Origin: an uncultured Chloroflexia bacterium
GTDB lineage: Bacteria > Chloroflexota > Limnocylindria > Limnocylindrales > CSP1-4
DNA length: 64,000 nt
NCBI GenBank assembly: GCA_963776865.1
Contig: CAVZOG010000003.1
Coordinates: 233,269-297,268 of the forward strand
Direction: 5' to 3'
The notes below the pieces were generated by a model, which searched no databases, had not been told where the DNA came from, and was given only the letters and a program-made list of their open reading frames with translations. Position 1 is the stretch's first letter. The number at the start of each line of letters is the position of its first letter. Both the position numbers and the translations under genes were made by a program. This document shows positions 51,788 to 61,327 of the stretch, piece after piece.

Positions 51788-53297
51788 CCGAGGAGACTCA
51801 CTGGCGCTGGGAGTGGCGCACATTCGGCGACTTCTTCGGCCGGGCCGATGAGGCGTTCGCGGCCCTGACGCCCACCGGCATCCAGGAGAGTGACGAGCAG
51901 TACTTCCTGTCCGTCCGCCACAGCCCGGACATCAACATCAAGGTCCGCTTCGACCTGCTGGACGTCAAGACCCTGGATGCGGTCAACGAAGACGGTCTGG
52001 AGCAGTGGCATCCGATCCTCAAGGCGAACTTTCCGATCGACCGGGAATACCGCCGCCGAGATCCTCAAGGCACTCGGCATCGACCGCGTGCCGGAGCAGC
52101 GACAGCTACACCCTCGAGGAATTCACAGATGCGAGTCGCCTCGCTTGCTGATCTGCGGTCGGCAAGTGTCCACAAGCGCCGCGTTCGATACGTCGTAGGC
52201 GGTTGCACGTCCGAGGTCAGTGACGTCGAAGTCGACGGACGACGCACACGGACCATCGCGATCGAGTCCGAGGATGCTGATGCGGTCCGGGCTGCTGTCG
52301 TATCGGTTGGCCTCAAGGACTATCTGAACACCAGCTACGGCATCGGCCTGCTCGCGACGCTCGCCGGGCAGACCGAGCGCTACGCGATCATCGACGTGGG
52401 CACTAACTCGGTGAAGTTCCACATCGCCGAACGCAGGGACGACGGGACGTTCTCGAGGGTGCGGGATCGAGCCGAGATCACGCGCATCGGCGAAGGGCTG
52501 GACGAGTCGGGACGGATCGCGCCGGAGCCGCTGGACCGAACGGCAGATGCGATCGCCGACATGGTCGGCGAGGCGAAGCAGGCCGGAGCACGCGCCATCG
52601 CGGCGGTTGCCACGGCGGCCTTCCGCATCGCCGAGAACAGTGACGAGGCAGTCGCCCGGGTGCGAACCCGCACCGGCGTGACCATCGAGCCGATCTCCGG
52701 TGACGACGAAAGCCGCCTCGCCTACATCGGCGCCGTCGGCGACGCCGGGTGGGGGAGGGCACCACCCTCGTCTTCGACACTGGCGGCGGCAGCTCGCAGT
52801 TCACCTTCGGTCACGGCGCGACGCTCGACGAGCGTTTCAGCGTCAATGTCGGCGCGGCGCGCTTCACCGAGCAGTTCGGACTCGACCAGAAGGTGTCAGC
52901 CGAGGTGGTCGCCGAGGCCCTGGCAGCGATCTCGGCGGCCCTGCCGGAGCTCGACGACCGGCCCCGACCAGACGCCGTGGTGGGCATGGGCGGCGCGATC
53001 ACCAACATGACCGCGGTCAGCCTGACGATGCCCGCATATGACCCGGACGCGATCCATGGCGCGAGACTCGACCTGGCCGAGATCGATCGCCAGATCGAGC
53101 TCTACCGGACCCGCTCGGCCGATGAGCGGCGAGCGATCGTGGGCCTCCAGCTCAAGCGGGCCGAGGTGATCCTCGCCGGAGCGTGCATCGTGCGCACCGT
53201 TCTCGAGAAGCTCGGGCAGGATTCGCTCAAGGTGAGCGATCGCGGGCTGAGGCATGGCATCCTGATAGAGCGCTTTGGGATCAAGAGCTCCGATTAG
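51784..53297 (+). CDS. CYTH (triphosphate tunnel) domain fused to Ppx/GppA exopolyphosphatase; three frameshifts
   Basis: GTG overlaps the ATPase stop (GTGA). N-terminus WRWEWRTFGD...VRFDLLDVKTL is CYTH-like. YAIIDVGTNSVKFHIAE...EPISGDDESRLAYIGAV, then ...GTTLVFDTGGGSSQF... in another frame, is Ppx/GppA. Confidence 0.75.
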
Positions 53298-53483
53298 AAG
53301 CGCCTGAAGGAGGCTGACTTGCGAGACGCAGCCAGGATCGCCGTCGTCATCGTGCTCGTCGTGGGCCTGGCCTTCGCCGCCTACTGGGCGCTGATCACCT
53401 TCGGACCGGGCGCCGCGTCGCTCACCGGCGCGGCCTACTAACGGTGTCGCATCCGTCGATAGCCATGCGGCTGCCGCAGCCGA

Positions 53484-54048
53484 CTACGGCAGCTGGGCGA
53501 GCGCCTCGTCGACCAGGTTCGGAGCGCCGCTGACCAGGAAGACCGCGTCACCGGACGGATAGAGATACACAGAGTCCGTCGCGTCCTGCGCATTGCTGAT
53601 TGCCGTCACCGTCTTGCCGGCGCGCTCCTGCTCGGCGACGACCGTGTTGGGCACGTCGGAGCTGACCAGCTGGGCGAGCCGATCCTGCGTCGTCGCCGCT
53701 TCGACGCCCGCAACCCGAATCGCAATCATGCCCAATCCGGATTCCAGGGCGCCATCCGCCGAGATGAGCGAGCCGGTGGCGACGCTGAGCTGTTCGCGCG
53801 TCGCACCGAGATCCAGCAGGAACTGGTCCAGCCCAGCCGGGTTGCCGTCGCCGAAGACCGACAGCCCGGCCTCGCCGCGGGCGCTCGAAACCGTCATCTC
53901 GAAGCCGCCGACGCGCTCCGGAAACAGGCTCTCCAGCTCGGTATCGGGCGCGGCGGTCGGGCCGGATGTCGGCGGCGATGCAGGGCGCCGCACTGCAGGC
54001 GAGCGCTGACACACACAGTGCCAGCGCCAGAACTGCAAGTCGCACCAC
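53484..54048 (-). CDS. lipoprotein (hypothetical), frameshift near the N-terminus
   Basis: MVRLAVLALALCVSALA-C-SAAP lipobox ORF (53548..54048) joins the 53484..54038 ORF. Confidence 0.55.
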
Positions 54049-54059
54049 GCGAGGAGGGG

Positions 54060-54677
54060 TTAGGAAAGGCCGGCGAAAACCACCTCGGCCTGCTCAGGCG
54101 TAGCGTCGGCCAGGAACCAGGCCCAGTCACCGGTGACGTAGTAGTACTCGACGTCGCCGTCGCTGTCCGTCGCCACGGTCACGTTCTTGCCACCGATCGT
54201 CTGCGTCGACAGCGTGGGCGGATCATCGGGCTCGTCGATGCGCACCAGGGCATCAAGGGCAGCCCCGGCGTTGCCACCCGGGAAGCGAACCGCCTGAACG
54301 TTGACCGGTTCATCGTCCACCGTGGCCGTCGCGGAGCCGAACCCAACCGTGGCCGGATCTATGCCGAGGCCCTGCATCGCAGCGACAAACCTGTTGATCA
54401 ACTCCGGGTCAAAGTTGAACGACTGCAGAACGGCCATGAAGTTGGCCGATTCGAGGTCGCTGAGCGGCTGGCCGTCGATCTGGGCTGGAAAGCCTGCTTC
54501 GACAGCCGGATCCGGAGCGAAGCTGGGGATCTGGAAGCTGCCACTCGGGATGGCGATCGAGGGAACTTCAACGGGCGGAGCGGTTGGCACGGCCGTGACA
54601 CTCGGGCTGCCGCCGCAGGCGAGCGCGAAGAGTCCGGCAAGGACCAGGCCGGTCGCCCGGCGCAGTGCAGTCGTCAT
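54060..54677 (-). CDS. lipoprotein (hypothetical), paralog-like neighbour of 53484..54048
   Basis: LVLAGLFALA-C-GGSP lipobox. Similar C-terminal architecture (...YYYVTGDWAWFLADATPEQAEVVFAGL). Confidence 0.6.
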   Translation of the reverse strand: MTTALRRATGLVLAGLFALACGGSPSVTAVPTAPPVEVPSIAIPSGSFQIPSFAPDPAVEAGFPAQIDGQPLSDLESANFMAVLQSFNFDPELINRFVAAMQGLGIDPATVGFGSATATVDDEPVNVQAVRFPGGNAGAALDALVRIDEPDDPPTLSTQTIGGKNVTVATDSDGDVEYYYVTGDWAWFLADATPEQAEVVFAGLS

Positions 54678-54813
54678 CAGTTTGTCTCCAGTTCATGTTC
54701 GGCTGCCGGTTCATGTTCGGCCACCGGCAGAGAGTGACGTCGGTGCTTCGGATGGTCGCCGCCAGGGCGGGTCCGTCCATCGGCGGTAGACTCGACGAAG
54801 GTTACAGTCACCT

Positions 54814-54900
54814 GCCGAAGTGGCGGAATGGGAGACGCGGCGGACTTAAAATCCGGCTGCCCGCAAGGGCGTGTGAGTTCGAATCTCACCTTCGGCACCA
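54814..54900 (+). tRNA. tRNA-Leu (TAA), type II
   Basis: Acceptor GCCGAAG/CTTCGGC. Anticodon loop CTTAAAA. Long variable arm. T-loop GAGTTCGAATCTC. CCA encoded. Confidence 0.85.
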
Positions 54901-54936
54901 GCGCCAGGTGGCACGCAGATCAGAAAAGGGGCGGAG

Positions 54937-55656
54937 ATGTTGCGTATCGCATCCATCCTGGCGGTCATCGTCATAGGTCTGATAGCGGCACCTGCGGCCG
55001 CGGCGCGGCCACTGACGGGCGAGGCGGGGCAGGTAGCCACGTCGACCGGCGCCGGCGGCTCACCGAGTGCCTGCGGCGACAGCCGCTTCAAGTTCCTCGG
55101 CGGTGGTGCCCACTGGCAGTCGCGCCTTGATTGGCGCTTCAGGATGTCATCCGTGCCCGGCGGTCTCAACGCGGGGAACACGCGCGACGTGATCAAGAAG
55201 TCGTTCCGCAACGTCGTCAACTCGCGCAACGACTGCGGGCTGAGCGATCAGGTCGGCGCCACCCAGAGCTATCTCGGCACCACCTCGCGGCGTCCCAACG
55301 TCAGCGCCAACGGCGCGTGCACGGCGAGGGACGGTCGCAACGTCGTCGGCTTTGGTGAGCTCAACGGTGGCTTCAGCGGCTTCACCTGCATCTGGTGGGT
55401 CGGCGATGAGATTGTCGAGGCCGACATACGCCTGGACACCAACACGCCATGGGCGCTGACGCTTGGCAGCTGCAGCGGCGAGCTGATGCTGGAAGCGCTC
55501 GTCACCCACGAAGTCGGCCACGCGTACGGCCTCGGCCACGTTGGCGAAGCGAGCCACGGCCGCCAGACGATGAGCACCTTCATCGACGGGCTGTGCGAGA
55601 ACCAGGAGGCCACGCTCGGCCGCGGCGACGTCCTGGGGCTGCGCGCCCTGTATTAA
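54937..55656 (+). CDS. secreted metzincin zinc metalloprotease (matrixin/M10-like)
   Basis: Signal peptide. HEVGHAYGLGH motif (HExxHxxGxxH). Confidence 0.8.
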   Translation: MLRIASILAVIVIGLIAAPAAAARPLTGEAGQVATSTGAGGSPSACGDSRFKFLGGGAHWQSRLDWRFRMSSVPGGLNAGNTRDVIKKSFRNVVNSRNDCGLSDQVGATQSYLGTTSRRPNVSANGACTARDGRNVVGFGELNGGFSGFTCIWWVGDEIVEADIRLDTNTPWALTLGSCSGELMLEALVTHEVGHAYGLGHVGEASHGRQTMSTFIDGLCENQEATLGRGDVLGLRALY

Positions 55657-55892
55657 GGAGGTTGTGGTCCGGCCAACCCGGCGCGACCACCTCTTCGGCG
55701 GATTGGCCGTTCACGCTCAGCAACAGAACACGCGATGGCATCTGCGACATCCGCTCCACAGCCTCAGGGTTCCCGGCACGCCTCGGCGAGTCAACGTACC
55801 GGCTCGGCTATACTTCCGATTGACCTTTCTGCTCCACAGCAGACCGCCCGGTCGAGTTGAGGGGCACACCCCATGGGAAGGAGAACCCAATC

Positions 55893-56333
55893 TTGCGACG
55901 CTATGAGCTGATGCTCGTCGTGCGTCCGGACACGCCGGACGACCAGGTCCAAACAGTCATCGACAAGGCAACGCGCTCCGTCACGGGCGCCGAGGGCCAG
56001 ATCGTCAAGGTCAGCCCGTGGGGCCGTCGACGGCTGGCGTATCCGATCGGCCAGTACCGCGAGGGCTCGTACTTCATCGTCCTCTTCGACGCACCGGCGC
56101 CGGCCGTGCTCGAGCTCGAGCGAGGCCTGAACATCACCGAGGAGGTCATGCGCCACCTCGTGACGCGCGTCGACCGACCGCTGTCGCGCCGACCGCAGGC
56201 CGGCCTCGACGATCTCGAGCTCGAGGATGACGGCGTTGCCGGGCCGCCGCCCGAGGACGACCTGGAAATTCCCGACACCGAGTTCATCGACGAGTCGGAG
56301 AGCGAGGCCGCTCCCGCCGCCGCCGATCGCTGA
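55893..56333 (+). CDS. rpsF: 30S ribosomal protein S6
   Basis: TTG start after AAGGAG RBS. LRRYELMLVVRPD... is the canonical S6. Acidic C-terminal tail. Confidence 0.9.
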   Translation: MRRYELMLVVRPDTPDDQVQTVIDKATRSVTGAEGQIVKVSPWGRRRLAYPIGQYREGSYFIVLFDAPAPAVLELERGLNITEEVMRHLVTRVDRPLSRRPQAGLDDLELEDDGVAGPPPEDDLEIPDTEFIDESESEAAPAAADR

Positions 56334-56350
56334 CCGCAGGAGACGTTGCT

Positions 56351-56806
56351 GTGTCGCTGAACAGATGCATGATCATCGGCAATCTGGGTAAGGACCCGGA
56401 GATGCGCTACACGCCGAGCGGCCAGGCGGTGACCCAGTTCTCGGTCGCCGTCAACCGCACCTACAAGGACTCCCAGGGCGAACGCCAGGAAGAGACCGAG
56501 TGGTTCCGCGTGGTGGCCTGGGGCCAGCAGGCGGAGTTCGCTGCCGAGTACCTGCGCAAGGGCGCCAAGGTGTACGTCGAAGGCCGCATCCAGACGCGCC
56601 AGTGGGAAGGCCAGGACGGCCAGAAGCGCTACACCACCGAGCTCGTCGCTAACACGATCCAGAACCTCGAGCGTCGTCCGCGTGAGGACATGGGCGACGC
56701 TGGCGGCAGCCAGCTCGAGCCCGCGTCACGACCGCAGCGGCCGTCGCGCCCGGCCGACCAGGAGCAGGCTGCTCCGGCCGAGGACTACGACGACCTGCCG
56801 TTCTGA
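56351..56806 (+). CDS. ssb: single-stranded DNA-binding protein
   Basis: OB-fold N-terminus (NRCMIIGNLGKDPEMRYTPSG...TEWFRVVAWG). Acidic C-terminal tip DYDDLPF. Confidence 0.9.
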   Translation: MSLNRCMIIGNLGKDPEMRYTPSGQAVTQFSVAVNRTYKDSQGERQEETEWFRVVAWGQQAEFAAEYLRKGAKVYVEGRIQTRQWEGQDGQKRYTTELVANTIQNLERRPREDMGDAGGSQLEPASRPQRPSRPADQEQAAPAEDYDDLPF

Positions 56807-56885
56807 TCCTGACGACCACTGACTGACGACAGAAAGGAACCTTTACCCACATGCCTCCCCCAGCCGAAGCAAGAAACGCGATGAC

Positions 56886-57119
56886 ATGTATCGCGATCGC
56901 CGCCGCCGCAAGGTGTGCGCCTTCTGCGCCGACAAGACCGCGCAGATCGACTACAAGGAGATCAACCGCCTGCGCCGCTACCTGTCGGAGCGGGCCAAGA
57001 TCGAGCCGCGTCGCAAGACCGGCACGTGCGCGGAGCACCAGCGCCAGCTGGCCGTCGCGCTCAAGCGTGCACGGCACGTTGCCCTGCTGCCCTACGCGCC
57101 AGAGCACCTGCGCGCCTAG
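56886..57119 (+). CDS. rpsR: 30S ribosomal protein S18 (start possibly at ATG 56851 with a frameshift)
   Basis: [35 protein letters not shown] is the S18 signature. Confidence 0.85.
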   Translation: MYRDRRRRKVCAFCADKTAQIDYKEINRLRRYLSERAKIEPRRKTGTCAEHQRQLAVALKRARHVALLPYAPEHLRA

Positions 57120-57158
57120 TCAAGCGGCCCATCAACCCCGCTGACTGAGCGGAGCAAA

Positions 57159-58223
57159 GTGCAGATCCTCGAGCTTCTCATCGCCCTCGCGGTAATCCTG
57201 ATTGCCGCCGAGCTGTTCACCAACGGCATCGAGTGGTTCGGCCACAAGCTGAACCTCGCCGAGGGTGCGGTTGGAAGCGTCCTCGCGGCCGTTGGCACGG
57301 CCCTGCCCGAGACGATGATCCCGCTCGTGGCGATCCTCTTCGCCGCGCCCGGCGACGAGGGCAGTGCCGCGCACGAGATCGGCGTCGGCGCCATCCTCGG
57401 CGCGCCGTTCATGCTCGCCACGCTGGCCATGTTCGTGACCGGCCTCGGCGTGATACTGGCCCGGCGTCGGCGCCCCACCGGCAGGGTCATGCCCGTCGAT
57501 ACAAGAGTGCTGGGCATGGACATCCGCTACTTCTTCGTCGCCTACGGCCTGGCCGTGGGCGCAGCCTTCGTGCCCGCGGATCTCGTCGTGCTGCGCTACG
57601 TCGCGGTGGTGTTCCTGATCGGCATCTACGCCTGGTACGTCAAGAAGCACTTCGAGGGCGAGTCATCGGGCGGGGAGGGGATGGACCTCGCGCCGCTTCG
57701 CTTCCACCGCATGGACCGCCGCGCCCATCGAACCGACCCCGAGGTACCGCGCCTGCGGGTGGTCAACTTCCAGGTGCTCGTCGCGCTCGGCATGATCATC
57801 GGCGGCGCCGTCGTCTTCGTCGACGCAGTTGAGCATCTCGCATCAGGCGCAGGGCTCGACCCGGCACTGCTGGCGCTGGTCATCGCCCCCATCGCGACCG
57901 AGCTGCCCGAGAAGTTCAACAGCCTGATCTGGGTCCGCCAGAGCAAGGACACGCTGGCGATGGGCAACATCACCGGCGCGATGGTCTTCCAGTCGTGCAT
58001 CCCGACGGCGATCGGCGTCGTCCTCGCGGCCGAGGCGTGGTCCATCTCGCAGGACACGCTGCTCACCTTTGCCTCGGCCGGCATCGCGTTCGCGTCGACT
58101 GCGGCGATCTTCATCCCGATGGTCCGCCGCGGATCGTTGACCGGCAATCATCTTTTGATCGGAGGTCTGTTCTACGTGGCGTACCTGGTGCTCGTATTGA
58201 CCAAGCTCGGCGGCGTCTGGTGA
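57159..58223 (+). CDS. CaCA-family cation/Ca2+:H+ antiporter (YrbG/ChaA-like)
   Basis: Two alpha-repeat signatures (GTALPETMI and IATELPEKFNS). Confidence 0.8.
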   Translation: MQILELLIALAVILIAAELFTNGIEWFGHKLNLAEGAVGSVLAAVGTALPETMIPLVAILFAAPGDEGSAAHEIGVGAILGAPFMLATLAMFVTGLGVILARRRRPTGRVMPVDTRVLGMDIRYFFVAYGLAVGAAFVPADLVVLRYVAVVFLIGIYAWYVKKHFEGESSGGEGMDLAPLRFHRMDRRAHRTDPEVPRLRVVNFQVLVALGMIIGGAVVFVDAVEHLASGAGLDPALLALVIAPIATELPEKFNSLIWVRQSKDTLAMGNITGAMVFQSCIPTAIGVVLAAEAWSISQDTLLTFASAGIAFASTAAIFIPMVRRGSLTGNHLLIGGLFYVAYLVLVLTKLGGVW

Positions 58224-58293
58224 GCCAGTCAGTCCCAGATGTAATGACGACAGGCTCATCGCGGGCGGCTTTGCCCGGCGTATACTCCGGCCG

Positions 58294-59268
58294 ATGCTGA
58301 CGCACAAGGCGGCCAGGTCACCGCTTCCCGCGACCGGCGCCCGTCCAGCTGACGACACGATCGTCGCCTACTTCGAGGGCGAGTTCGTTCCGCTCTCGGA
58401 AGCCAAGATCCCGGTCATGACCCACGGCTTCCTGTATGGCACGGCCACTTTCGAGGGCATTCGCGCCTACTGGAACGAGGAGCAGGAGCAGCTCTACGGG
58501 CTCAAGCTGCTCGAGCATTACCGGCGCATGGCCAACTCGGCCAAGGTGCTGCTGATGAAGACGCCCATGTCGCCCGAGGAGATGGTCGACCTGACCGTCG
58601 AGCTCCTGCGCCGCAACGGCTTCCGCCAGGACGCCTACATCCGGCCGACGATGTACAAGTCGACCGAGGCGATCGGCGTCCGGCTGCACAACCTCGAAGA
58701 GAAGCTGCTCATCTTCAGCGTGCCGTTCGGCGAGTACATCGCCATCGATCGCGGCATCCGTGCCCAGGTCGTGTCCTGGCGGCGCAACAGCGACCAGTCG
58801 CTGCCGGCGCGAGCCAAGATCACCGGTGCCTACGCCAACAGCGCCTTCTCCAAGACGGAGGCGGTGCTCAACGGCTACGACGAGGCGATCGTGCTGACCA
58901 TCGACGGACACGTGTCGGAGGGCAGCGCCGAGAACTTCTTCATGGTCCGCGACGGCAAGCTGATCACGCCCTCGATCACCGACGACATCCTCGAGGGCAT
59001 CACTCGCACCGGGCTGATCCAGCTCGCACGCGAAGAGATGGGCGTGGAGGTCGTTCAGCGCACGATCGACCGGACCGAGCTGTACGTCGCCGACGAGGCC
59101 TTCCTGTGCGGCACCGGCGCCCAGCTGTCGCCGGTCGTCGAGATCGACCACCGGGCGATCGGCAACGGCGAGGTCGGGCCGATCACGCGGCGCCTGACCC
59201 AGCTCTACTTCGACACCGTTCGCGGCCGCATGCCGGCTTACAGCGACTGGCTTACGCCGATCTACTAG
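58294..59268 (+). CDS. ilvE: branched-chain amino acid aminotransferase
   Basis: Fold-type IV aminotransferase motifs (EGIRAY; ...AKITGAYANS...; ETGE-like region) and length. Confidence 0.85.
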   Translation: MLTHKAARSPLPATGARPADDTIVAYFEGEFVPLSEAKIPVMTHGFLYGTATFEGIRAYWNEEQEQLYGLKLLEHYRRMANSAKVLLMKTPMSPEEMVDLTVELLRRNGFRQDAYIRPTMYKSTEAIGVRLHNLEEKLLIFSVPFGEYIAIDRGIRAQVVSWRRNSDQSLPARAKITGAYANSAFSKTEAVLNGYDEAIVLTIDGHVSEGSAENFFMVRDGKLITPSITDDILEGITRTGLIQLAREEMGVEVVQRTIDRTELYVADEAFLCGTGAQLSPVVEIDHRAIGNGEVGPITRRLTQLYFDTVRGRMPAYSDWLTPIY

Positions 59269-59490
59269 CCCGCTCACCCAGGAGGCCCCTGGGTTCGATG
59301 CGGCCGGCTCGATCGACCAAGCTTCCAAGGTTCTTTCCAACGGTGGTCCCGGCAGGTGAAGCCCGCGCTGGCTCTGCTGCATCCACTGGTCGCGCTTCAG
59401 CTCGCGCTGCGTCCGAGGCGGTAACAATTCGTCGAGACTGACGGCTTACGGCCTATTCGCAGGGCGCATATTCGTGTTAGTCTCCCTAAC

Positions 59491-60085
59491 GTGAATATTG
59501 CCAATCGACGCTACCAGATGGGCCGCCGCGCTCAGTCCACCGAGCGGACGCGAACGGCGATCGTCGACGCGGCGACTCGGATCTTCTGGGATGAGCCCGC
59601 TCGAGAGCCTGACCCTGGACGGGATTGCGCGCAACGCCGGCGTGACTGTCCAGACCGTCATTCGCCACTTCGGCGGTCGCGACGGCGTCTTCGAGGCGGC
59701 CGTCGAGAGCGAGATGAGTCGCGTGAGCGACGAGCGCGACCCGGGAGCGGTGTCCACTCCGGACCAGGCGGTCCGTCAAGTCGTCGCCCACTACGAGCGG
59801 ATGGGCGACAAGGCGATCCGGCTGCTAGCCGAGGAGCATCGCTCCCCGACGGTCGCGAGCCTCACCGCCCAGGGCCGCGCCTGGCATCGGTCATGGTGCG
59901 AGCAGGTGTTCGAGACGACCCTGTCGCGACTGAGCGGCAGCTCGAGGCGCCGTCGGCTCGCCCAGCTCGTCGCCGTCTGCGACGTGTACACGTGGAAGCT
60001 GCTGCGTCGTGACGCCCGATTGGACAGGAAGTCAACTGAGTTCGCGATGCTCGAAATGCTCACCCCACTGCTGGAGGTTTCGTGA
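59491..60085 (+). CDS. TetR-family transcriptional regulator; frameshift ~59590
   Basis: GTG start. N-terminal ...TRTAIVDAATRIFWDEP then HTH LTLDGIARNAGVTVQTVIRHFG in the next frame. Confidence 0.7.
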
Positions 60086-61327
60086 TGCCCCGGGTCCTCG
60101 CCTACACCTCGCCGGCGCGCGGCCACCTTTATCCGATCGTTCCGATCCTCGACGTGCTGCGCGGGCGCGGCCATGAGATCCATGTCCGCACGCTGGCGGC
60201 CGAGGTGGAGCGACTAGCAGCCCGCGGCTTCGACGCGCACCCCATCGACGCCAGGATCGAGGCCCTCGAGCATGACGATTGGAAATCCAAGGGCGCCCGG
60301 GCGTCGCTGGCCGCCTCGACGGCGGTGTTCGTCTCTCGCGCTCCGCATGACGCCGACGATCTACGCGCGGCCATTGACGACGTGGACCCGGACCTCCTCG
60401 TCCTCGACATCAACGCCTGGGGTGCGAATGGCGGTCGCGGAGGGGTCGGGGCGCCCATGGGCCGCCGTGGCGCCGTACCTACTGCCCGATCAGCTCTCCG
60501 GACGTGCCACCGTACGGCCCCGGTCTTGCTCCGGCGCGCGGTCCCCTCGGGCGGCTGCGCGACGCCATAGCCCGACCGCTCGTGATCGGAGCGGTGGAGC
60601 GGACGATCCTCCCCCGATTGAACGCCGTCAGAGCTGTGATCGATGCGCGCTTGCCGGCGATCCGAAGCGCCGACGATCTCTACGCTCGACCGCCGCTCTT
60701 GCTGTACCTGACCGCCGAGCCATTGGAGTACCACCGCCGCTCATGGCCGGGCAACGTGCGGATGGTCGGGCCCTGCGCCATGGGAGCCCGAACTATCTCC
60801 GCCAGCCTGGCTGGATACGCTCGAGCCACCGATCGTGCTCGTCGCAACGTCGTCGGAGTACCAGGCCGATGCGATCCTGGCGCAGACCGCGTTCGATGCC
60901 CTGGCCGGCACGGAGATGTCAGTCATCGCCACCCTGCCGTCGAACGATCCGACCACGCTGCGGGTTCCGACGAATGGGCGCGCCGAGAGGTTCGTGCCGC
61001 ACGGCCCGATCCTCGCCCGGGCCAGCGTGGCGATCACCCATGGTGGCATGGGGGTCACGCAGAAGGCCCTCGCCGCCGGCGTGCCCGTCGTCGCGGTGCC
61101 GTTTGGGCGCGACCAGCCCGAGGTTGCGAGACGGGTCGAGGTAGCCGGGGCCGGCGTGCGTCTGCCTCGTGCTCGGCTTCGGCCGGACACGTTGCGAGCC
61201 GCCGTCGCCAACGCGATGGAATCGTCGTCGGGGGGCTTTGGCTGTCGCCGAAGGCTATCGTGCGGCGGGAGGTCCGGAGGCTGCCGCCTCCCACCTCGAG
61301 GCGCTGCTCGGGATACGAACCTCGTGA
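60082..61327 (+). CDS. MGT/UGT-family glycosyltransferase (GT1); about three frameshifts
   Basis: N-terminus RVLAYTSPARGHLYPIVPILDVLRGRGHEIHV. C-terminal nucleotide-sugar site ...ITHGGMGVTQKALAAGVPVVAVPFGRDQPEVA. Confidence 0.75.

Noticed and set aside
53319-53441. 40-aa TTG-start ORF with AAGGAGG RBS encoding a single TM helix (LRDAARIAVVIVLVVGLAFAAYWALITFGP...)
   Set aside because: Plausible small membrane protein, but too short to support without conservation or expression data.
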